The notes: a model not told the origin generated them from the letters alone. A DNA stretch of 64,000 bases from Dehalococcoidia bacterium (GCA_030612025.1 JAUWOR010000002.1:117464-181463); one strand, 5' to 3'. Counted from the first letter of the stretch, positions 1 to 12,666 are shown. Made by a program: numbers and translations.

Positions 1-76
1 GCTCCAGGCTCATCTTTTCCAGGCTGACTTCCTCAATCTTCATAAGTTGTCTTTGTTCTATATTCTTCTCTTCCAT
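1..76 (-). CDS. 5' part of a hypothetical protein running off the window (MEEKNIEQRQLMKIEEVSLEKMSLE...)
   Basis: ATG at 76 preceded by an AAGGGGG RBS; frame open to the window edge. Confidence 0.5.
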   Translation of the reverse strand, partial: MEEKNIEQRQLMKIEEVSLEKMSLE

Positions 77-407
77 TTTTGCCCCCCTTCAATTGTAGTA
101 TTTCCAACCACTTTTACACTCAGCAAATCCCCCGGCCTTTCCATCTCTTTTCCTGTTCAGAGATAAAACTGCCTAACGAGTCACTGAGACAAGCGATCCT
201 CCTTAAGTATATTATATACCCTGCCCAAAAACTCTTGCATCTCTTCCTAGAAAAGGAACACTGCTGAGCCAGGAAGGGACGAACCACCGCCAAAGACTCG
301 GTCCTTGCTTTTCATGCTCGCTTTCCTCGATATCGAGGCGACTGAACTCTTAGTCTGGTGTGCCCGATTCTTCTCAGCCACTTGCCCGAAGCTTAACAAA
401 TTAAAAA

Positions 408-462
408 GAGGCAAGCCAAACTGACCTGTCTCTCAAATCTCCTGGTAGCGGCGGCGAGACTC
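408..462 (-). repeat. tRNA-Met-like 3' end fragment plus terminator hairpin (att-like remnant)
   Basis: Minus strand GAGTCTCGCCGCCGCTACCA followed by a hairpin resembling the one downstream of tRNA-fMet (3350-3400). Confidence 0.55.
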
Positions 463-595
463 TGCCTCGTTTTGCTCCCCTATCTCTCCTTCAGCTCGGG
501 CACATAAAATGGTGCATGCGGCTTGTTTCGCCTTCCCAAATGTCTACCAGAAACCTCGACAAAAGGACAGAATGTATGTATCATCGTAGGTTAAT

Positions 596-1612
596 ATGAT
601 AGTGGATATGAGAAAGGGTGCCACCCCAGAGGAGATAGATGGGGTGGTAGAGCGGGCTAGGTCGCTGGGACTGGACATCCAGTTGAACTTGGGCACCGAC
701 AAAACAGTAGTTGCTATACTGGGAAGTAACACAGGACAACTGCCCACCGACATCTTCGCCGTGCTCCCTGGCGTGGAGAACGTAGCCCGGATTATGAAAC
801 CCTACAAGCTCGCCTCCCGGGAATTCAAGGCAGAGGACAGCATAGTTTCCATTAATGGAATCGAGATTGGTGGCAAGCGCATCGTGGTTATGGCAGGGCC
901 GTGCGCTGTGGAGAGCGAGGAGCAGTTCATGAAAGCGGCCAGGACTGTGAAGAGCTCCGGGGCCTGTATTGTGCGCGGTGGCGCCTTCAAACCACGCACC
1001 TCCCCTTTCAGCTTTCAGGGGCTGGGGAAGGCTGGCCTGGAGTTGCTGACGCAAGCCAAGGAGCGATTCAGCATACCTGTCGTCACCGAAGTGGTGGATA
1101 CCCACGATGTCAGCCAGGTATCCAAGTATGCCGATATTCTTCAAGTTGGGGCTCGAAATATGCAAAACTTCACCCTACTGACTGAGATTGGCAAGAGCAA
1201 GTGCCCGGTTCTCCTCAAGCGAGGCTTATCAGCCACTATTACTGAGTGGCTTACAGCGGCCGACTATCTGCTGGCAGAGGGCAATAGCCAGGTTGTTCTC
1301 TGCGAGAGGGGCATCAGAACCTTTGAGGACAGCACTCGCTTCTCCCTTGATGTCTGTTCTATACCCGTGGTTAAGAAATTCAGCCACTTGCCTTTGATCG
1401 TCGACCCCAGCCACGCTGCCGGCCACTACTCCCTTGTTCCGGCTATAGCCAAGGCGGCTGTCGCTGCTGGTGCTGATGGATTACTCATCGAAGTTCACCC
1501 CAACCCCAAGGAAGCCTTGGTGGATGGACTTCAGTCCCTCACTCCGTCAGACTTCGCCAGGTTGATGAAGGAGCTTAGGCGAATTGCCAAATCGGTAGGC
1601 AGATATATCTAG
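596..1612 (+). CDS. aroF: DAHP synthase, class I-beta, with N-terminal regulatory domain
   Basis: AGPCAVES, RGGAFKPRTS, GARNMQNF, LKRG and DPSH motifs; N-terminal ACT-like extension. Confidence 0.93.
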   Translation: MIVDMRKGATPEEIDGVVERARSLGLDIQLNLGTDKTVVAILGSNTGQLPTDIFAVLPGVENVARIMKPYKLASREFKAEDSIVSINGIEIGGKRIVVMAGPCAVESEEQFMKAARTVKSSGACIVRGGAFKPRTSPFSFQGLGKAGLELLTQAKERFSIPVVTEVVDTHDVSQVSKYADILQVGARNMQNFTLLTEIGKSKCPVLLKRGLSATITEWLTAADYLLAEGNSQVVLCERGIRTFEDSTRFSLDVCSIPVVKKFSHLPLIVDPSHAAGHYSLVPAIAKAAVAAGADGLLIEVHPNPKEALVDGLQSLTPSDFARLMKELRRIAKSVGRYI

Positions 1613-1734
1613 CCAGAGCATAGGCGTTCCATAACCGCAGGCCTAGTCATCACCCATCAACAGGACTCAGCTTATTTAACCCATCTATCCCTTGACCTAC
1701 TGTGAGCATCTAACAAAAGGGCGAATTACTCGCC

Positions 1735-1764
1735 GGGGTTGGATTTGAACCAATAACCTTCGGG
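1735..1764 (-). repeat. Partial copy of the tRNA-fMet 3' half (att-like)
   Basis: 27/30 identity to 3401-3430; followed on the minus strand by a GGCGAGTAATTCGCC-TTTT hairpin. Confidence 0.75.
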
Positions 1765-2193
1765 AGACCTGTCCTTTCCCAAAGGTTAAGGACTTGGGGG
1801 CTTAGTTAATATTAATGGTTCAGTTTCTTGGTAACTCCTTCAGGATGGGAAGCGCACTGGCCCTAGGATTATAGAGGGGCGCCTTTCTCGGCACTGCTCC
1901 AAGCCGCCTTCGCGCGGACTGTGTTTGGACTGTTTGGAAAATCTGCTGGGTTGATGAGGCAAATAGACCAGTGTACGTCTCAGCAGAGGGCTTACAAGAT
2001 CTCCCATGAGTACCCCAAGCCTCGCAGTGGGTTTCAAGGCTCCTCAGCATGATGAGGCATTTCTACATTGTCACAGCGGGACAGCAAAGTAGAAGAAAGG
2101 CCACGTCATGACTAAACCATCTAACTCTGCTGACGTTATGATGTATGAAACCAGAGTCCTCAAAAAGCTAATTGAAATAAGGAGGGATAAGAT

Positions 2194-2658
2194 ATGAAAT
2201 CAAGGTTAATCCTAACGTGTGCTGTGCTTGCCATCACCTTAACCATATCCGGTTGTCTGATGGGTCCGCCGCACCCGCGGCAGATATGTATAGAAGCCAG
2301 CTGTGACGACTTTATGAAACTCCCTGCCATTAGCGAAGAACTGGTAGTTGTTGTTGGGGACGCATTTACTGTAACCTTGTGCTCCAACCCTACAACAGGC
2401 TTCCAGTGGTCGGAGTCTGCACAAGTTAGCGACCGAGCTGTATTGCAGCAGACAGACCACGAATTCGTGCCTCCCCTAGAGGCCGTAGGTTGCGCGCCCC
2501 CTCCTCCGGGGACTGCCAGCAAAGAAATATGGACCTTCAAGGCGCTCAAGCAGGGCGAGAGTACTATATCCATGGAATACAGCCAACCCTGGGAAGGTGG
2601 TCAGAAGGCAACCTGGACATTTGTCTTGACAGTAGTCGTGGCAGAGGGTCGAATTTGA
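2194..2658 (+). CDS. Lipoprotein, chagasin/I42 cysteine protease inhibitor family
   Basis: Lipobox ISGC; NPTTGFQW and YSQPWE motifs; GGAGG RBS. Confidence 0.85.
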   Translation: MKSRLILTCAVLAITLTISGCLMGPPHPRQICIEASCDDFMKLPAISEELVVVVGDAFTVTLCSNPTTGFQWSESAQVSDRAVLQQTDHEFVPPLEAVGCAPPPPGTASKEIWTFKALKQGESTISMEYSQPWEGGQKATWTFVLTVVVAEGRI

Positions 2659-3349
2659 GCCAAAAACCTTCCGAATCCACGACAATATCATCTTAGAACC
2701 TCTAAGTAGTGAATCTAAGTGATAGGCAGTCCTGGCAGGTGGTCAGGCCAGAAATAGAAAGTGTATCTACGCCACGATTACAGCAGGGCCCCTCGATTCG
2801 GCCCGCTCTGGGCCGCTTTTCCTGCGGACTGCACGTGGATTGTTTGGGAAATAGGGCTTTTGGGGTGGGGACCTCGAGAGATCAATCGCCATCACCATGA
2901 CGTACAAAGCCAAACACCCAAGGCTCAGGCGTGACCCCTGTTCGGCTTAGACTGCGTGTCCAACTATTTATACAGCCTCAAGCCTCCGATAGAGCTTTGA
3001 ATTACCCTCAGAATTCATACAGCCGAGAGACAGTTGTCTCCGCGCCAAGAAGGAACGCTCACCTTGCGATTGACCAATGGATCTGCCTATCTGCCTCCAT
3101 ATCCAGCGCACCACACGGGGCCAGTGTACATGTGGGTTTTCCCTCAAGTTCGTTCCTAGAGGGGCAATGTCGTTGAAAACTCAAAGCTAAAAAATTGATT
3201 CTAGAGCCATACCTGGCTGGACGCCCCTGCTTAACATCGCTCCATGTGACTTCTCTGCAAACCGCATCTGGATTGTTTTGGAAAGCAGTGCCTTCAGCTA
3301 GGGTTCTTGGTGGGATCATTCGGCCGCGAACCTAAAGGGTGACCGACAG

Positions 3350-3385
3350 ATAAGAAGGGCAGGCCAATCTGACCTGCCTCTCTTA
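3350..3385 (-). terminator. Intrinsic terminator after the 23S-tRNA-fMet transcript
   Basis: GGCAGGTCAGATTGGCCTGCC hairpin followed by a T-rich tract on the minus strand. Confidence 0.55.
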
Positions 3386-3392
3386 TTTTCAT

Positions 3393-3467
3393 TGGTAGCG
3401 GGGGTTGGATTTGAACCAACGACCTCCGGGTTATGAGCCCGACGAGCTTCCACTGCTCTACCCCGCG
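3393..3467 (-). tRNA. tRNA-fMet (initiator, CAT)
   Basis: CGCGGGG...CTCATAA...TTCAAAT...CCCCGCTACCA; unpaired C1, three G-C pairs in the anticodon stem, encoded CCA. Confidence 0.96.
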
Positions 3468-3535
3468 ACAAAAACCCACAAAAATCTGCGATTTCTGTGG
3501 CAACTATATAAAAGGTTTTGTGCTCAGCCTGATGT

Positions 3536-6514
<2,979 letters not shown>

Positions 6515-6581
6515 ACATCAGGCTGAACACAGAACCTATTCAATTTTTAAGGTACTGAATATGACTGGTAACAAAACAGAG

Positions 6582-6610
6582 ATTATACAATACCATGTTA
6601 CCAATGTCAA
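6582..6610 (-). promoter_or_regulatory. Consensus sigma70 promoter of the 23S gene
   Basis: TTGACA-17 bp-TATAAT about 70 bp upstream of the 23S 5' end. Confidence 0.85.
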
Positions 6611-6697
6611 ATAAAGCTAGATTTAGCTTGGCTATTTATCTTGGTGCTATTAAATATTATACTAGTTCGGGCTTTCTTAAAGCAAATTCGAATAACT

Positions 6698-7903
6698 ATG
6701 AAACAAAAACAAATTTTCGGTCTTAACCCCAATGTGTTTTTCCTGGGCCTGGTCAGCTTTCTCACCGACGTTAGCAGTGAGATGATTTTCCCTATCTTCT
6801 CCTTGTTTTTGTTCAATGTGCTTCATACACCCACCACGATTATTGGCTTGATTGAAGGAGCAGCGGGAAGCATAGCTTCCCTAGTTAGAATCTTCAGCGG
6901 CTGGCTCAGCGATAAGTTGGGAAAAAGAAAAGGGCTGACTATTCTGGGTTACGGACTATCTACCGTCGCCAAGCCTTTTATGTATATCGCCACAACCTGG
7001 GGTATAGCCTTCGGGGTGAGGTTTGCCGATAGGGTAGGCAAGGGCATTCGCACCGCTCCCCGCGATGCTTTAGTAGCTGACTCTTTAACACCGGAGCAAA
7101 GAGGCAAGGGCTTTGGCCTCCATCGTGCCATGGATACCTTCGGCGCTGTTGTGGGCATCATCTCAGCAGTAATCGTTGTCTTCCTCTGCCAGGGCAAGGA
7201 CTGGGCACTTACCAGAGGCAGCTACCAGCAACTGGTTTTAATCGGTGTTATCCCGGCGGTGCTGGCTTTATTTGTGTTTTTCTTCGTTCGAGAGCCTAAA
7301 AAGGAAACACCAAGCGGTGCCCCCCCTAAAGCCAAACCTGGTGGTTTGCTCTCTGGCTTTGATAGACGATTCAAAATTTTCCTGGGCATCATTTTTCTAT
7401 TTACTCTGGGCAATTCCAGCGATGCCTTCCTTGTCCTCCGAGCGCAGAACCTGGGCAATCCTGTCCTTTACATACTTCTAATGCTGGTGCTGTTCAATCT
7501 TATCTATGCCTCTATATCCACACCAGCAGGTATGCTATCAGACAAGCTGGGCAGAAAGAGAGTCATCCTATCTGGCTGGTTAATTTACACCCTGGTTTAC
7601 CTTGGCTTTGCCCTGGCTTCGCCAGAAGCTTCATGGCAATTATGGATATTATTCGGTCTTTATGGAGTTTACTATGGCTTAGCTGAGGGGGTAGCCCGTG
7701 CTTTTGTCGCTGACTTAGTGCCTGCAGAGAAGAGAGGAACCGCCTATGGCCTTTTCCACGGTGTAGTAGGGATTACCTTACTCCCCGCAAGTCTTATTGC
7801 TGGCTGGCTATGGCAAGTTGTAAATCCAGCAGCTCCCTTCCTATTTGGTGCCGCTCTGGCTTTCCTGGCCATGATAGGACTACTGGTGCTAATCAAGGAA
7901 TAG
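6698..7903 (+). CDS. MFS transporter
   Basis: Two motif A copies (GWLSDKLGKR, GMLSDKLGRK), 12-TM pattern; ATG at 6698 preferred. Confidence 0.92.
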   Translation: MKQKQIFGLNPNVFFLGLVSFLTDVSSEMIFPIFSLFLFNVLHTPTTIIGLIEGAAGSIASLVRIFSGWLSDKLGKRKGLTILGYGLSTVAKPFMYIATTWGIAFGVRFADRVGKGIRTAPRDALVADSLTPEQRGKGFGLHRAMDTFGAVVGIISAVIVVFLCQGKDWALTRGSYQQLVLIGVIPAVLALFVFFFVREPKKETPSGAPPKAKPGGLLSGFDRRFKIFLGIIFLFTLGNSSDAFLVLRAQNLGNPVLYILLMLVLFNLIYASISTPAGMLSDKLGRKRVILSGWLIYTLVYLGFALASPEASWQLWILFGLYGVYYGLAEGVARAFVADLVPAEKRGTAYGLFHGVVGITLLPASLIAGWLWQVVNPAAPFLFGAALAFLAMIGLLVLIKE

Positions 7904-8030
7904 TTCGACCCAGAAGTATATTATCTATCAATCTCGTTCTGCCCACCCTGACAGCTAGGGAGGCCAGAGCCGGATGGCTGTTCAGCTCTAACTGCCTTAA
8001 CTGTTCCGGCATCGACACTAGCAACAGCGA
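7894..8030 (-). pseudogene. Remnant duplicate of the panC 3' end
   Basis: Encodes PALASLAVRVGRTRLIDNILL, matching PanC LALASLAVRVGRTRLIDNMTL (8830-8945); frameshifted upstream. Confidence 0.8.
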
Positions 8031-8080
8031 CACCTTTCATAGTATTATTGTAGATTGGCATAGAATGTAGGGAGGCTACT

Positions 8081-8395
8081 ATGAAGATCGAAGAGGTTCT
8101 CAAGGAATTTAGAGCAGAAGTTGAGAAACTATATGGCAAGAGATTAAGAAACATAATCCTGTATGGCTCGTGGGCAAGAGGCGAGGCTACAGAGAGTTCT
8201 GACATAGACCTGGTCATAACTCTGGAAGGAGATGTCATTCCTGGAAAGGAAATAGACAGGATGATAGACATAATTACGGAGATAAATTTAAAACACGGGG
8301 TGCTGTTATCCATTTATCCTATATCTGAAAATGATTATTCTGCTGTGAATAGCCCGCTGCTTATGAATGTGCGAAGGGAAGGAGTGCCGGCGTGA
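8081..8395 (+). CDS. Minimal nucleotidyltransferase (MNT antitoxin)
   Basis: GS-x10-DID motif; overlaps the HEPN gene by 4 bp. Confidence 0.9.
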   Translation: MKIEEVLKEFRAEVEKLYGKRLRNIILYGSWARGEATESSDIDLVITLEGDVIPGKEIDRMIDIITEINLKHGVLLSIYPISENDYSAVNSPLLMNVRREGVPA

Positions 8396-8784
8396 AAGAG
8401 GTAGAATCCCTCATCGAAAGAGCAAAGAAATATCTTAGAAGTGCCAAGGTACTCATTGAAGAGGGAGATTTTGAGTCTTCAGTTTCTAGGGCATACTATG
8501 CCATGTTTTACTGTGCTGAAGCCATGTTGCTCACAATAGGTCTGTCATTTTCATCCCATAAAGGCGTGATTTCCGCTTTCGGAGAGCACTTCATTAAGAC
8601 TCACATTTTCTCAAAGGAGATGGGTAAAGAACTAAATAGGGCGTTTGAGAAAAGGCAGTTAGGAGATTATGAGTATACCCTCGTAATATCTAAAGGTGAA
8701 GCTGAGGAGATATTCGAGAAGAGCACAGATTTTGTAGACCAGATAGTTCAATACTTAAAACAGCGGGAGAGCGGAATACTATAA
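8392..8784 (+). CDS. HEPN domain protein (toxin of an MNT-HEPN pair)
   Basis: SRAYYAMFY, SHKGVI and RQLGDY motifs; coupled to MNT. Confidence 0.88.
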   Translation: MKEVESLIERAKKYLRSAKVLIEEGDFESSVSRAYYAMFYCAEAMLLTIGLSFSSHKGVISAFGEHFIKTHIFSKEMGKELNRAFEKRQLGDYEYTLVISKGEAEEIFEKSTDFVDQIVQYLKQRESGIL

Positions 8785-8825
8785 GGAGCCTGCTGTGCAG
8801 AGGAACTGGAGGCAAAATAGGATAT

Positions 8826-9671
8826 CTATTCCAGAGTCATATTATCTATCAATCTCGTTCTGCCTACCCTGACGGCTAGAGAGGCCAGAGCCAGTCGGTC
8901 AATCATATCTAGCTCCTCCAAAGTACCAGCATCGGCGATGCTGACATAGTCAATTTTGGCTAGAGGTTCCCTCTGAATAAGCGAGGTCACTTGCTGGCGA
9001 ATTTTGTCGGCGTCTTTTTCTCCGCCTTGCCATAATTGCCTGGCTAGGGAGAGCGCCCTAAATAGAACAGTGGCTGCTTGGCGCTCCTCAGGACTGAGAT
9101 AGGTATTGCGGCTGCTCATAGCCAAGCCATCGCTTTCCCTGACTGTAGGCACAACCACGATCTCTACCATCATATTAAGGTCAGCCACCATTCTCTTGAT
9201 AACAATTGCTTGCTGGGCATCCTTCTGCCCAAAGTAAGCTTTAGTGGGCTGGACAACGTTGAATAGTTTAGCTACCACTGTAGCCACCCCCCTGAAATGC
9301 CCCGGTCGAGATGCTCCCTCAAGACGCTCGGCCACTTTCTCCACATCCACCCAGGTGCTAAACTCGGATGGATATATCTCCGCATCAGAGGGCACAAGAA
9401 CGATATCCGTTTTCTCTTTCTCCAATAGCTTCAAATCACGGTCGAGGTCTCGCGGATAAGTGCCAAGATCTTCGCTGGGGCCAAACTGGGTAGGATTAAC
9501 AAAAATGCTAACCACAACGATAGCATTTTCCGCTCTGGCATGTTTCACTAGAGCTAAATGACCTTCGTGAAGATAGCCCATGGTGGGCACAAAGCCAACT
9601 GAGCCAGTGAGGCAGCGCCTTAATTCCCTTAGCTCGGCGATTGTTCTTACTACTTCCACTTTCACCCTCAC
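8826..9671 (-). CDS. panC: Pantoate-beta-alanine ligase (start may be the GTG at 9659)
   Basis: PTMGYLHEGH, FGQKDAQQ, GLAMSSRN, RLIDN. Confidence 0.96.
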   Translation of the reverse strand: MRVKVEVVRTIAELRELRRCLTGSVGFVPTMGYLHEGHLALVKHARAENAIVVVSIFVNPTQFGPSEDLGTYPRDLDRDLKLLEKEKTDIVLVPSDAEIYPSEFSTWVDVEKVAERLEGASRPGHFRGVATVVAKLFNVVQPTKAYFGQKDAQQAIVIKRMVADLNMMVEIVVVPTVRESDGLAMSSRNTYLSPEERQAATVLFRALSLARQLWQGGEKDADKIRQQVTSLIQREPLAKIDYVSIADAGTLEELDMIDRLALASLAVRVGRTRLIDNMTLE

Positions 9672-9672
9672 C

Positions 9673-10533
9673 TTAATCCTCTCCCTTCAAGGGAGAGGAG
9701 GATGTAGTGTCAAGAGACTCAAGGACGCTTTCATCCATGGTGTAGCTCTGTTCCCCAGTGGGGAAACTAACAGACTTAACTTCAGCTACATAATCAGAGA
9801 CAGCGGCCTTTATTTCCTCAGCCAATTTGGCATACCGCTTAGCATGTTTCGGTACAAAATCAGTGTAAAGACCCAGAATATCGCTAATCACTTGAACCTG
9901 ACCATCACAATCAGGTCCAGCTCCAATACCAATGGTGGGAATACCTGCCCTCTGAGTAATCAGCTTGGAAAGAGGCGCTGGAACACATTCCAAAACGATA
10001 GCAAAAACACCAGCTTCCTCCAAAACTTGAGCATCTTTAAGCAGTCTCTTAGCTACCTCTGGCGTTTTCCCTTGCACCTTAAAGCCACCTAGCTGATGTA
10101 TGGATTGTGGAGTAAACCCGATATGCCCCATAACCGGGATGCCACAATCAACAATACGCTTCACCGATTCAGCAACAGCCTCACCTCCCTCCAACTTAAC
10201 TGCCTGTGCTCCCCCTTCCTGGATGAAGCGTCCGGCATTATGTAAAGCCTCGGAGATACTGACATGATAGGTCATGAAAGGCATATCTCCTACCACCAAG
10301 GCCTTCTTAGCACCCCTGACCACAGCTTTTGTGTGGTGTAGCATCTCCTCCATGGTCACCGGTATGGTTGACTCATAACCTAACATCACCATCCCCAGGC
10401 TATCACCAACCAATATCAAGGGCACACCAGCTTCGTCAACCATCTTGGCAGTTATATAATCGTAAGCAGTAAGCATAGGTATCTTTTCCTGCCTCTGCTT
10501 CATTTCTTTTATTTCGCTGATGGTAACTCGCAT
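9673..10533 (-). CDS. panB: 3-methyl-2-oxobutanoate hydroxymethyltransferase
   Basis: LTAYD, LVGDSLG, VKLEGG, IGIGAG. Confidence 0.96.
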   Translation of the reverse strand: MRVTISEIKEMKQRQEKIPMLTAYDYITAKMVDEAGVPLILVGDSLGMVMLGYESTIPVTMEEMLHHTKAVVRGAKKALVVGDMPFMTYHVSISEALHNAGRFIQEGGAQAVKLEGGEAVAESVKRIVDCGIPVMGHIGFTPQSIHQLGGFKVQGKTPEVAKRLLKDAQVLEEAGVFAIVLECVPAPLSKLITQRAGIPTIGIGAGPDCDGQVQVISDILGLYTDFVPKHAKRYAKLAEEIKAAVSDYVAEVKSVSFPTGEQSYTMDESVLESLDTTSSSPLKGED

Positions 10534-10554
10534 TCCTTCACTCCTTCCCTAAAA

Positions 10555-10650
10555 ATTAAAAGTCAAAGATAAAAAATCAAAGTGACAACTCAAAATGTAA
10601 AACTTTTTAAACTTTGCTCTGTATTTTTGCATTTTGCATTTTAATCTTTT
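10555..10650. repeat. AT-rich heptamer repeats in inverted arrangement (TCAAAAT / TTTTGCA)
   Basis: Direct inspection of the panD-panB spacer; related heptamer tracts at 45512-45558, 30895-30940 and 58428-58455. Confidence 0.55.
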
Positions 10651-10652
10651 AT

Positions 10653-11036
10653 TTACATTTCCCGTCCAAGGAGAGGGACTATAGGTGAGAGCTCGATGAC
10701 CCTATTTTTCTCATCTACATAAACCACAGTTGGCTCCATAGCTATAGCCTCATCATCGGGAAGCTGGCAATAAGAAAGGATGATAATCATGTCTCCTTTA
10801 GCCACAAGTCTGGCGGCAGCACCATTAATCCCAATCACTCCTGAATTTGCCTCGCCCTCAATAGCATAAGTGCTAAACCGAGCTCCATTATTAATATTCA
10901 GCACTTCCACCTGCTCATTAGGCAAGATATCGCTGGCTTCCATAAGCAATTTATCAATAGTAATGCTGCCCTCATAATCTAAATTGACCTGGGTAACTCG
11001 AGCTCGGTGAATTTTACTTTTCAGCATGATCCTCAT
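10653..11036 (-). CDS. panD: Aspartate 1-decarboxylase
   Basis: [15 protein letters not shown] autocleavage site, NGAAARL. Confidence 0.96.
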   Translation of the reverse strand: MRIMLKSKIHRARVTQVNLDYEGSITIDKLLMEASDILPNEQVEVLNINNGARFSTYAIEGEANSGVIGINGAAARLVAKGDMIIILSYCQLPDDEAIAMEPTVVYVDEKNRVIELSPIVPLLGREM

Positions 11037-11057
11037 TCTTGCCCCCTTTAGGTATAC

Positions 11058-11198
11058 AGCGTGTTTAATTTTGTTCTAGCTTTGGATTCAGCTTCGTTTC
11101 GATTATCCGGGAAAATTTTCACCTCCAAATTTTGTAGTGCGACCCTTTAGGGTCGTGCAGCACGAGGCTAAAGCCTCGCACGACTTTTTAAAAAGCCT
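11058..11198. mobile_element. 141-bp TIR-bounded MITE-like element with type A GTAG-REP cargo
   Basis: Ends AGCGTGTTTAA / TTAAAAAGCCT; internal GTAGTGCGACCCTTTAGGGTCG...GAGGCTAAAGCCTCGCACGAC. Confidence 0.7.
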
Positions 11199-12096
11199 CG
11201 TATAAAGTTTCCGGTAAGGAAAACAAAACCTTTAACTCTTGCGCTTTGCTTTCATCAATCCTACCTTTGGCTAAAGCAATGGGAATGGTTTGAAGCCCCA
11301 ACTCTTTATAGGTAGTTAGCAATGAAGAGTTTTTAGCCTCAAGTGCATTTAGATGCTTGCTTATGGTGACTAAGTCACCACGGGCGATGGGTCCAGTAAG
11401 GCAATCAGGTAAACCAACGTTGTCAATATTATTCACTGTCCCTCTAAGCAAGGGAAGCAAAGCCCTCGCTGCCTCTTTTGGTGGCACTCCAAAACCTTGC
11501 CATAAATCTAAGGCTAACTTGACCAAGGTTACTAAGTAGTTGGAGACAAAAACAGCTGCTACATGATATAGCACCTTGTCTCCCGGCTTAAGTTCCACCC
11601 AATTGCCGTTCAAGAGAGAAGCTAACTTTTTCAGTCTTGATAGCAGAGGCTCTTCAGCTTCTACCACAAGGGTGGAACCAGGCAGATTATCCATAGCCTC
11701 ACGAACACTGGCAAAAGTTTGTAGCGGATGGAAAGAACCCACATTGACCCCAAGTCGCCTAGCTGGCTCCAGAATGTCAATAGAGTGAGCGCCACTGCAA
11801 TGTATGACATTCTGTCCTTCATGCCATTTAACTTCGCTAGCTATTTCAGAGATAACATCATCAGGGGTGGTGATGAAGATTAATTCAGCAACATCGGCTA
11901 CTTCCTGAGCTGTTTGGCAAACTCGACAATCGGCCACTAGCCTGGCCAGTTTTTGTGCTGAGCTAAGATTTCGGCTGGATACAGCCACTACCGGGCATCC
12001 CCTTTGAAAAAGCCTTACTGCTAAGGCTGTGCCCACCGTCCCAGCACCAATAAAGCCGACTTTTAACTTCCTTGCATCAGTTATAGAGCTACGCAT
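11188..12096 (-). CDS. Rossmann-like + DUF2520 oxidoreductase, probable alternative ketopantoate reductase (PanG-like)
   Basis: GAGTVG, HCSGA, FHPLQTF, YHVAAVFVSN, LTGPIARGD; first gene of the pan operon, which has no panE. Confidence 0.85.
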   Translation of the reverse strand: MRSSITDARKLKVGFIGAGTVGTALAVRLFQRGCPVVAVSSRNLSSAQKLARLVADCRVCQTAQEVADVAELIFITTPDDVISEIASEVKWHEGQNVIHCSGAHSIDILEPARRLGVNVGSFHPLQTFASVREAMDNLPGSTLVVEAEEPLLSRLKKLASLLNGNWVELKPGDKVLYHVAAVFVSNYLVTLVKLALDLWQGFGVPPKEAARALLPLLRGTVNNIDNVGLPDCLTGPIARGDLVTISKHLNALEAKNSSLLTTYKELGLQTIPIALAKGRIDESKAQELKVLFSLPETLYEAF

Positions 12097-12110
12097 AACA
12101 AATCTCAATT

Positions 12111-12140
12111 AAAAAACCCTCCCGGCAATACCGAGAGGGT
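12111..12140 (-). terminator. Attenuator terminator in the pan leader
   Basis: ACCCTCTCGG-TATTG-CCGGGAGGGT-TTTTT. Confidence 0.8.
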
Positions 12141-12159
12141 CCACAATTAGCCTTTTCCA

Positions 12160-12240
12160 CCGTCTCGGTCGTTGCCGATCCAAGCGGGAATTCCCTACCT
12201 ATCCTAATTTCAAGCTCACTGCCTTCAAAGGTCAGTGGCT
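12160..12240 (-). ncRNA. pan RNA motif (two hairpins, each with two bulged A)
   Basis: AGC-CACTG-A-CCTT..AAGG-CAGTG-A-GCT and CCG-CTTGG-A-TC..GA-CCGAG-A-CGG upstream of the pan genes. Confidence 0.8.
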
Positions 12241-12247
12241 AATTTTA

Positions 12248-12276
12248 ATACTAGCACATTTTTTGTATCTCGTCAA
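12248..12276 (-). promoter_or_regulatory. sigma70 promoter of the pan operon
   Basis: TTGACG-17 bp-TAGTAT with extended TG. Confidence 0.65.
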
Positions 12277-12281
12277 TAGCT

Positions 12282-12625
12282 TGTGCTCATTCACACGGTT
12301 GGTGACATGTTGTCTCCTCGTCTTGCCATCAGCAGGATAGTCCGAAGTGAGCCTAGAACAAGCTCCACAATCCCTGAGATTACTAGACCGCCTTACCCCG
12401 GTCGGGGCTTACCCCGACCCTACAAGTCGCCTCTGTATCCCCCTCACTCTAACTCTCTCCCGCGAGGGGAGAGAGAACCATTATGAATCTACCACACTAC
12501 TTCAGCGCTTCCTCTCATGTAGTGAAGTTTCTTTTCCTTACAAGAGAGGATTAAGGTGAGGGTGAAAGGTGAACCAACCGTAGTGGCGGGGTTCATCCCC
12601 GCCTTGCTCTCACAATGGCATAAGA
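12282..12625. repeat. Composite palindromic repeat cluster (TGT-ended terminus, GTAG REPs, CCCTCACC family)
   Basis: 12400-12487 is a near-identical inverted copy of 15997-16085; 12574-12605 is an inverted copy of 15818-15850. Confidence 0.8.
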
Positions 12626-12666
12626 AACCGCCCGAGTTTCACCTATCTATCTGAACTGGATGATTT

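Noticed and set aside
2700-3350. Hidden 5S rRNA or real CDS downstream of tRNA-fMet
   Set aside because: No 5S hallmarks seen by eye, and the ORFs have no recognisable motifs
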